From NCBI GenBank assembly GCA_035479435.1, contig DATIIR010000116.1:1-45080 (forward strand): a stretch of 45,080 bases of DNA, in the 5' to 3' direction. Under the pieces are notes generated by a model that was not told the DNA's origin, made no database searches, and was given only the letters and a program-made list of their open reading frames with translations. The first letter of the stretch is position 1. Every line of letters starts with the position of its first letter. The stretch comes from Chlamydiales bacterium (lineage in GTDB: Bacteria > Chlamydiota > Chlamydiia > Chlamydiales > SM23-39). Shown here piece after piece: positions 44,259 through 45,080 of the stretch. A program made the translations under genes and the position numbers.

Positions 44259-45080
44259 GTCTGAAGGACGATGCGGTAGCGGACGTTGTTTTGTTTGATG
44301 CGTTCGATCCCTTCATTGACTTTAGCCAAGGGCATGATTTCAATTTTGGGTTTGATGTGATGGCGGGCGGCAAAGGAGAGCATCTCGTTCATGATCGCCC
44401 GATTCGCTGTCGAGCTGCCGCAGATGTTCACTTCGGTTGAGATCAGACTGCCGAGGTCAATGAGGCCTTTGTTTGCGGGTCTGCCGACAAAGCAGAGGGT
44501 CCCTTTGGGTTTTAGGAGCGAGATGATGAGGTTCCAATCGAGGTCGGCGTGGACGGTAGAGAGGATGAAGTCGAACTGTGCAGGCGTCGGGGGATTGTGA
44601 AGAGTGAGAAAGCGATGGGCGCCGAACGACTTGGCTTCGGCCTCTTTGGCGGCAGAATGGGAAATGGCAGTCACTTCACAGCCGAATGCGGCGGCGAACT
44701 GGAGGGCGAGGTGGCCTAAGCCTCCAACGCCGATCACGGCCACAGAGGCATTGCCCTGGATGGCGTGAGTGCGCAGGGGAGCGTAGACAGTGGCTCCGGC
44801 GCAGAGGAGGGGAGCGGCGTGGGCAGAGTCCAGTTTTTCGGGAATGGGGAAGGCAAACCTGCTGTCGGCGACCATGTGGTCGGCAAATCCGCCAAAGTGG
44901 CCATTGCAGGTCGTTGTTTTCGTGGGGCAGATGTTGGTGTCGCCCTGTAAACAGGTGGGACAGCTCAGGCAGGCGGAGTGGTTCCAGCCGATGCCGACGC
45001 GGGTCCCTACTTTGAGGGTGACGGCGTCCCCTTTTTGAGTGATGGTGCCGACGATCTCGTGGCCAGGGACGAGGGGATAC
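44255..45080 (-). CDS. Zn-dependent alcohol dehydrogenase (cinnamyl-alcohol-dehydrogenase-like), N-terminus outside the window
   Basis: The frame stays open to the window edge. Hand translation of 44876-45079 gives YPLVPGHEIVG ... CLSCPTCLQGDTNIC (catalytic and structural Zn motifs). GVGGLGH dinucleotide-binding motif lies downstream. Confidence 0.88.
   Translation of the reverse strand, partial: YPLVPGHEIVGTITQKGDAVTLKVGTRVGIGWNHSACLSCPTCLQGDTNICPTKTTTCNGHFGGFADHMVADSRFAFPIPEKLDSAHAAPLLCAGATVYAPLRTHAIQGNASVAVIGVGGLGHLALQFAAAFGCEVTAISHSAAKEAEAKSFGAHRFLTLHNPPTPAQFDFILSTVHADLDWNLIISLLKPKGTLCFVGRPANKGLIDLGSLISTEVNICGSSTANRAIMNEMLSFAARHHIKPKIEIMPLAKVNEGIERIKQNNVRYRIVLQT

Noticed and set aside
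1-45080. Search for tRNA, rRNA, tmRNA, transposase, integrase or phage genes that could explain the AT-rich islets.
   Set aside because: No cloverleaf-like sequence or conserved rRNA block was recognised in any intergenic gap, and no ORF translation shows DDE, tyrosine- or serine-recombinase motifs. Absence is by eye only and should be confirmed with tRNAscan, Infernal and HMM searches.

Overview
The window is about 45 kb of chromosome, roughly 50% GC by eye, and almost certainly comes from a Chlamydia-like organism (phylum Chlamydiota, outside the Chlamydiaceae). The lineage markers are a single-frame MurC-Ddl fusion in a remnant dcw cluster (murG, murC/ddl, ftsQ-like), three tandem Cys-rich MOMP-like porin paralogs, several small proteins with Inc-type bilobed hydrophobic domains, an RsbV-type STAS protein and an AroD-AroE fusion. 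The species cannot be assigned without a database search.

The housekeeping backbone is tightly packed and often translationally coupled (ATGA-type overlaps). It comprises miaA, glnN (type III glutamine synthetase), nadD, rsfS, a DEAD-box helicase, fabF, a Nudix hydrolase, bioY, an aas-like acyltransferase/acyl-ACP synthetase, cysS and lysS. An 8.2-kb trp-aro supraoperon follows: trpR, trpE, trpG, trpD-C fusion, trpF-B fusion, trpA, a DAHP synthase and the aroD-E fusion.

Accessory, visibly more AT-rich islets interrupt the backbone:
- 3.7-8.7 kb: Inc-like and coiled-coil proteins.
- 11.5-13.7 kb: two putative effectors, one with a permuted-papain His...NC signature.
- 17.7-18.9 kb: an AAA/DUF4143 ATPase.
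- 18.9-21.4 kb: paired membrane-anchored glycosyltransferases, one with two GT-A modules.
- 26.3-27.0 kb: a small helical protein plus a signal-peptide 2H phosphoesterase.
- 42.2-43.9 kb: a class II Fic protein preceded by twin palindromic operators.

The least explained signal is a family of non-coding long-hairpin elements. Three are bounded by inverted TTGCATAA/TTATGCAA ends, and one 28-nt end is identical between two loci. Their interiors are unrelated in sequence, but each is built from a short 7-8-nt word repeated within both hairpin arms. A fourth hairpin with the same grammar lacks the ends, and a 45-nt perfect repeat follows two effector-like genes.

I recognised no rRNA, tRNA, CRISPR array, transposase or integrase. 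All functional calls rest on motifs read from the translations; no similarity search was possible.
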